A DNA stretch of 51,661 nt, taken from positions 1 to 51,661 of the forward strand of contig JAJDZR010000117.1 of the NCBI GenBank assembly GCA_022824545.1, in the 5' to 3' direction. How positions within the stretch are numbered: position 1 is the first letter of the stretch; the number at the start of each line of letters is the position of its first letter. The translations under genes were made by a program, and so were the position numbers. Shown in pieces: positions 47,043 to 51,661 of this stretch. A model generated the notes under the pieces. It did no database searches. It was not told the origin of the DNA and worked only from the letters and a program-made list of their open reading frames with translations. The stretch is from Chloroflexota bacterium. Its GTDB lineage: Bacteria > Chloroflexota > UBA11872 > UBA12225 > JAJDUF01.

Positions 47043-47114
47043 GGGTGGACGGGCTATTCTCTCACCTGTCGCAACGGAGGATGGGGGCCAGGCGGGGGCC
47101 GCGGCGACGCCAAG

Positions 47115-48443
47115 CTAGGGCAGGAATTCCTGCGGATTGCGTGTCGCCCCGTTCGGTTCGCGCACCTCGAAGTGGAGGTGTGGCCCGCTGGTAATGCCGG
47201 TCATGCCGATTGTTCCCACCACCGTGCCCTGATCAATAATCTCACCTTTCTGGACCTGGGGTGGGCTGACGCGGTCATCCAGGTGCGCGTACAAGGTGAC
47301 CTTTCCGTCGCCGTGCAACAGGGTGACGTACATTCCATACGACGCCCGGCGGTTGCCGGGCACGGCATACCCCACGTGCAGGACGTGGCCGGTCGCGGCT
47401 GCCCGAATCGGCGTCCGCAAGTTGGCAGCAATGTCGAGTCCCGTGTGAAAACGCTGGGCAAACGTGCGTACTCCCCAGCGAGCGGTGATCCGCCCAGAAA
47501 CGGGCCAGATGAAGGAGCCGCTCGGCGGCAGTGTTATCTGGCGGTCGGCTTCGCCCAAAGCCGCTGCCGCTGCCGCCGCGCGGCGCTGCCGTTCTTCTTC
47601 TTGGCGCCGGACTGCTGCCAGGATTTCTTGCAGCCTGGGTAAATTGTCCTGCAGGTACCGGATTTGCTCGGTCAACCTCTCGTCGTACTGATCCATTTCG
47701 GTCAGCTCTTGCTCCTTGCTTGCCTCCTCCGCCTCGATCTGTTCGACCAATTGCTTGTGTTCGGCGCGTTTTTCGACCTGGGTCTGCTCGGCCTTCTCCG
47801 CCTCTTCACGCAGTCTTGTTTGCTCGGCCTTTTCCGCGTCAAGCTCCTGCCGAATCCGTTCCGCCTGATCCTGTTCCCGCCGCACAGCGGCGACTAGGCG
47901 GTTGTCCTCACGGGCGAGGACCGTGAAACCATTGAGCCGCTTCAAGAAATCGTGGAGGTCGGTAGCCCCGAAGATCAGGACCAGCGGCGGGGTCTGCGCC
48001 AGCTTGTAGATCACGCGCAGGCGTTGACCATACATGGCGGTACGTTCGGCGAGTTTCGCGCGGTGCTCTTCCTGTTGCGCTTCGAGGTCGCGGATACGCA
48101 CCTCGGTCTTATCCAGTTTTGTCTGGATTGCTTTCCGATGATCTATGGCCGCGTACAGCTCGCCCTCGACCCGCTGGAGGTCTGCACGCGCCGACTCCCC
48201 TTCTTTTTGGAGTTGCCTAAGCTCCGCTTCCGTCTCTTGCCGCTGCTGCTGGGTCTGCTCCTTTTGCTGAGTCAGCTGCTGTATCCGGTTCTTGGCATTC
48301 TCGATGGCCTGGAGGGCGTCCTCGATGGGGTTAGCGGCAACGGGCACAGCAGCCGGACCGATCAAGGCGGTGAGTAGTAGGAAGACGGTAGCGGCGCGCA
48401 GCGGCCACGACAGGCGTCTGCGCTCGGTGTAGGGGCAGGGCAA
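47115..48443 (-). CDS. Coiled-coil plus M23 peptidase (EnvC/murein hydrolase-like FtsEX partner)
   Basis: Signal peptide, long coiled coil, HTGLD, YAHL and GPHLHFEV with intact Zn ligands. Start approximate. Confidence 0.88.
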   Translation of the reverse strand: MPCPYTERRRLSWPLRAATVFLLLTALIGPAAVPVAANPIEDALQAIENAKNRIQQLTQQKEQTQQQRQETEAELRQLQKEGESARADLQRVEGELYAAIDHRKAIQTKLDKTEVRIRDLEAQQEEHRAKLAERTAMYGQRLRVIYKLAQTPPLVLIFGATDLHDFLKRLNGFTVLAREDNRLVAAVRREQDQAERIRQELDAEKAEQTRLREEAEKAEQTQVEKRAEHKQLVEQIEAEEASKEQELTEMDQYDERLTEQIRYLQDNLPRLQEILAAVRRQEEERQRRAAAAAAALGEADRQITLPPSGSFIWPVSGRITARWGVRTFAQRFHTGLDIAANLRTPIRAAATGHVLHVGYAVPGNRRASYGMYVTLLHGDGKVTLYAHLDDRVSPPQVQKGEIIDQGTVVGTIGMTGITSGPHLHFEVREPNGATRNPQEFLP

Positions 48444-48444
48444 G

Positions 48445-49122
48445 TTAGGCGGCAAAGCGACCTCCGCGCTGATCGCGCACAATGTATCCGTGCGACAACT
48501 CCACAACCCGCCGGCGCATCCGATCAACGACCTCCCGGTCGTGCGTCGCGATGATGGTGGTCACGCCGTGGTAATAGTGGATGTCGGTGAGCACCTGGAG
48601 CACCTGCCAAGCCGTAGCCGGTGGGAGGTTGGCGGTCGGCTCATCGGCCAGCAGCAACTGTGGCTGCCGGACAATCGCCCGCGCGATGGCCGCCCGCTGG
48701 GCCTCGCCGCCCGAAAGCTGCCCCGGGAAGCGTTCGGCATGATCGGCCAACTGCACGACTTCCAGCGCATCCCAAACAAGCTCGCTCGCCCGTCCGTCCC
48801 CCGACACCCGCAGGCTGACGGCGACGTTCTCGTACACGGTTTTGTCCGGGAAGAGGCGGGTGTCTTGGAACACGACCCCGATGCGTTGGCGGAACCTGGA
48901 GACCTCCTGTTCATCGAGGTCCTGCACGTCCTGTCCATTGACGAGAATACAACCGTCGCTTGGCGTCTCGGCGCGGTTCAAGAGCCGGAGCAGGGTCGTT
49001 TTGCCGGCGCCATTCGGTCCCACGAGAAAGACGAAGTCGTCGTGCGGCACCGTGAGGGTGACTCCGCGCAAGGCGACCGTATCGTCGCCGTACCACTTCC
49101 ATACGTTACGCAGTACGATCAT
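48445..49122 (-). CDS. ftsE: Second FtsE-like ATP-binding protein
   Basis: FVFLVGPNGAGKT, IGVVFQD.RL, FP.QLSGGE, ADEPTANLP, ATHD...V..MRRRV. Confidence 0.8.
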   Translation of the reverse strand: MIVLRNVWKWYGDDTVALRGVTLTVPHDDFVFLVGPNGAGKTTLLRLLNRAETPSDGCILVNGQDVQDLDEQEVSRFRQRIGVVFQDTRLFPDKTVYENVAVSLRVSGDGRASELVWDALEVVQLADHAERFPGQLSGGEAQRAAIARAIVRQPQLLLADEPTANLPPATAWQVLQVLTDIHYYHGVTTIIATHDREVVDRMRRRVVELSHGYIVRDQRGGRFAA

Positions 49123-49125
49123 GGC

Positions 49126-50037
49126 CTACACTTCCAGGAACCGGCGTACCGAGATGTAGCTCCCCGCAGCGCCGAGTGCAATTCCCACCACCATCGTCAT
49201 CAGCGCCAACTTGGTGACGAACTGCGGATCGCGCTCTACCGGTAAGAACGACAGAAGCGCCCAGAAGTTCTCCACGACCGGATCGTAGGCCGGGACGACG
49301 ATCAGCAGCGTCAGCAGTGACGCCAACAGCCCGTAGAGCATCCCCTCGAAGACGAAGGGCCAGCGTACAAACCAGTCCGTTGCACCCACCAGCTTCATCA
49401 CTTCGATCTCTTGCCGGCGGGAATACACGGCGATGCGAATGGTGTTGATGACGATAAATAGGCTGACGACCGCCAGCCCCGCGGTCATCGCCACACCGGC
49501 GACGCGCGTCGCCGTAGTGAGACTCAGCAGACGTTCCACTATGTCCTCTTGTAAGGCCACCTCTTCTAACACGGATTCCGGTCCGACCTTTGTCTCCAGT
49601 AGCGAGACGATGTTCTCGAGACTCTCGGGATTGCGAGCACGGATCTCCAGCGACGCCGGCAGCGGATTATCCGACACCATTGCCAATAGCTCTGCCCGGT
49701 CGGCGAAGTGCTCGCGCAGCCGGGCCAGCGCCTCATCTTTCGTCACATAGATCACTTCGAGTACGTCCGAGCGGTTCTGGAGGCTGCTTTGTAATTCGCG
49801 TACCTTGCCAGGCGGGGCATCTTCGCGGATGTACGCAATGACGTTGACGCGATGCTCCAACGCTTCGAGGGCCACGTTCAGGTGCGTGACCAGCACGACA
49901 AAGACATTGAGCATCAGGAGCATCAGCGCGGTCGTCAGCACCGTGGCGCCCGTCATAAAGCGGTGGCGCCAGAGGCCTACTAGCGCCGCCGTCACCGCGT
50001 AGTCGAACACCTCCCACGCCCGGCCGATCCAATTCAT
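49126..50037 (-). CDS. ftsX: Cell division permease FtsX
   Basis: NPLPASL, INTIRIAVYSRRQEIEVMKLVGAT.WF.RWPF.FEG. Confidence 0.95.
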   Translation of the reverse strand: MNWIGRAWEVFDYAVTAALVGLWRHRFMTGATVLTTALMLLMLNVFVVLVTHLNVALEALEHRVNVIAYIREDAPPGKVRELQSSLQNRSDVLEVIYVTKDEALARLREHFADRAELLAMVSDNPLPASLEIRARNPESLENIVSLLETKVGPESVLEEVALQEDIVERLLSLTTATRVAGVAMTAGLAVVSLFIVINTIRIAVYSRRQEIEVMKLVGATDWFVRWPFVFEGMLYGLLASLLTLLIVVPAYDPVVENFWALLSFLPVERDPQFVTKLALMTMVVGIALGAAGSYISVRRFLEV

Positions 50038-50102
50038 GCGCTGATTCCGTTCACGTGCATCGGCCCGACCGACCGGGGGGCTGGGGAAGCGCCGCGCTGC
50101 GG

Positions 50103-50780
50103 CTAGACGTAGCCGGCGCGCTGCTCGTCACGGACGATCCGACCAGCCTCCAGGGCTACCACCCGGCGCTGCATCGTGTCTACCAGGTCGCGGTTGTGCG
50201 TAGCCATCAGCAGCGTTGTGCCCAACGCATTGATCCGTACTAAGAGCTGCACCGTTTCGGCCGCCGTGTCCGGGTCGAGATTACCGGTCGGCTCGTCGGC
50301 TACCAGGACCGGTGGCTTGTGGACGATTGCCCGCGCGATAGCCACGCGCTGCTGCTCACCCCCTGACAGTTGATAGGGGAAGCGGTCCCGGTAGTTGTCC
50401 ATCTTGACAAGCTCAAGCGTCTCCGTTACGCGCTCATCAATCTGCTTGCGCTTATGCCCCGCTACGCGCAGGGCAAAGGCAACGTTCTCGAAGACGGTCA
50501 TCTCAGGCAGCAGGCGGAAGTCCTGGAAGATCACGCTCACCTTCCGACGCAAATGGGGGACCGCTCCGTTGCGTAGGCGGGCAATATCCTGCCCCTCGAC
50601 AAAAACGCGCCCGGATGTTGGGAGTTCTTCCCGGATCAGGAGACGAATGAAGGTGGATTTCCCGGCGCCCGACGGCCCGACGAGGAAGACGAAATCGCGG
50701 TCCGGGATCTCCAGACTCACGTCAGTGAGCGCCGTAGCCCCGTTGGCGTAGACCTTGGATACGTGATGCAAGACGATCAC
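50103..50780 (-). CDS. ftsE: Cell division ATP-binding protein FtsE
   Basis: FVFLVGPSGAGKS, FQDFRLL, LSGGEQQRVAIARA, ADEPTGNLDP, ATHN. Confidence 0.95.
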   Translation of the reverse strand: MIVLHHVSKVYANGATALTDVSLEIPDRDFVFLVGPSGAGKSTFIRLLIREELPTSGRVFVEGQDIARLRNGAVPHLRRKVSVIFQDFRLLPEMTVFENVAFALRVAGHKRKQIDERVTETLELVKMDNYRDRFPYQLSGGEQQRVAIARAIVHKPPVLVADEPTGNLDPDTAAETVQLLVRINALGTTLLMATHNRDLVDTMQRRVVALEAGRIVRDEQRAGYV

Positions 50781-50922
50781 GGAAATGCACCGGTGAACTG
50801 CGCTATCAGGTCGCCTCGGACTCAACTAATACCGGGTAGTGCCTAGCCCGGCAGTATACCAGCGGCGGCCAGGCTTCAGCAGTCGGCGCTGCCGGCAGAG
50901 CCGGCAACCTGAGATCCGCTAA

Positions 50923-51364
50923 GAGGGTGTATGACACTTATGAAGATGGACACAACCAGCGGAGTAACAGCGCACACATAGCCAACGCAATCCAGGTCTC
51001 GCTGGACGCTGGATACTCTTTATAGTCTTTGCTCAAGCGCCGCCAGCGGCCTAACCAGGCAAAGGTCCGCTCCACGACCCAGCGTCGCGGCTGCACCGTG
51101 AAGCCGACCACGGCCGGATCCCGCTGCACCACTGCGATGGTCCAGCCCCAGTGGTCGCGCACCCAGCGGGCAAACGCTCCTCGATAGGCCGTATCTGCCC
51201 ACAGGTGGGTCACCCGCTGCGGCTGGGCCGCCGATGGCGCCAGCCTCGTCCATTGTGCCTCCGTCAAGTCCGAGGCATAGCCTTGCTGAACCATGTTCCT
51301 CCTCGCACGCCGGCTCTGATCCGTTCAGTATACTCTTATCCCAACATACGTATCGTACAGGCTC
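50923..51364 (-). mobile_element. Internally deleted IS5-family element (442 bp, non-autonomous)
   Basis: Imperfect terminal IRs GAGGGTGTATGACA / GAGCCTGTACGATA (10 of 14 match), TAA on both flanks. The ORF at 50938-51294 fuses YASDLTEAQW to WAD.AY...RWVVERTFAWL..RRLSKDY. Confidence 0.85.
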
Positions 51365-51373
51365 TAAGATCCG

Positions 51374-51661
51374 CTAACACTTGCTTCTGTCGCGGTTGGT
51401 GAAGACTAGGTATCTGTAGACCAGGAACTTAATCGTGTTGGAGGTGCCGATCGCCAGCGCCGCCCCAATATAGTAATACAGCGACGTGAATTCGGCGATG
51501 GCGTTGAATAGCAGGAAGTCAAGCGCGCGAAATGCCAGGGCCGAACCGGTGTAGCGTAGGAAGGTGTATCCATCGGCGCCGGATCGGAACACGAAGTATG
51601 AGTTCGATATGAAATGGAACGTGAATACCACGATCAGCGCAATAGCGAACGACTGCCTGGT
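51374..51661 (-). CDS. GtrA family membrane protein (5' end outside the window)
   Basis: Short TM helices with F..N..FVF and KFLVYRYLVF motifs. Confidence 0.7.
   Translation of the reverse strand, partial: TRQSFAIALIVVFTFHFISNSYFVFRSGADGYTFLRYTGSALAFRALDFLLFNAIAEFTSLYYYIGAALAIGTSNTIKFLVYRYLVFTNRDRSKC

Overview
This is a GC-rich bacterial chromosomal segment. The gene content (F420H2:NADP+ oxidoreductase, PAC2 protein, futalosine-pathway genes, Uma2 copies, DUF3048) suggests a Chloroflexota-like organism, which is an inference. It mixes core genes (recF, mnmE, argJ, dprA, ftsA, an ftsE/ftsX/M23 operon, tRNA-Sec, two tRNA-Ser) with accessory genes (PaaK-like ligase plus two hot-dog proteins, paired ABC exporters, hydantoinase/oxoprolinase AB, a PEP-utilising enzyme lacking its ATP-grasp domain, tandem unknown paralogues, a GT-C glycosylation module). 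Intergenic space is packed with mosaics of short palindromic repeats. Best leads: (1) an mqnE-mqnA operon whose MqnC-like third gene is intact and translationally coupled but has lost the radical-SAM CxxxCxxC motif; (2) an ftsE-ftsX-ftsE2-M23 operon whose second FtsE has an altered D-loop; (3) a degenerate 75-bp tandem array downstream of the ABC exporters; (4) a 55-bp hairpin nested inside a repeat at two loci; (5) a 46-aa basic microprotein, absent from the ORF track, between two tRNA-Ser genes; (6) two single-base frameshifts and a 442-bp internally deleted IS5 element. All family calls come from motif recognition by eye, and no database search was run.
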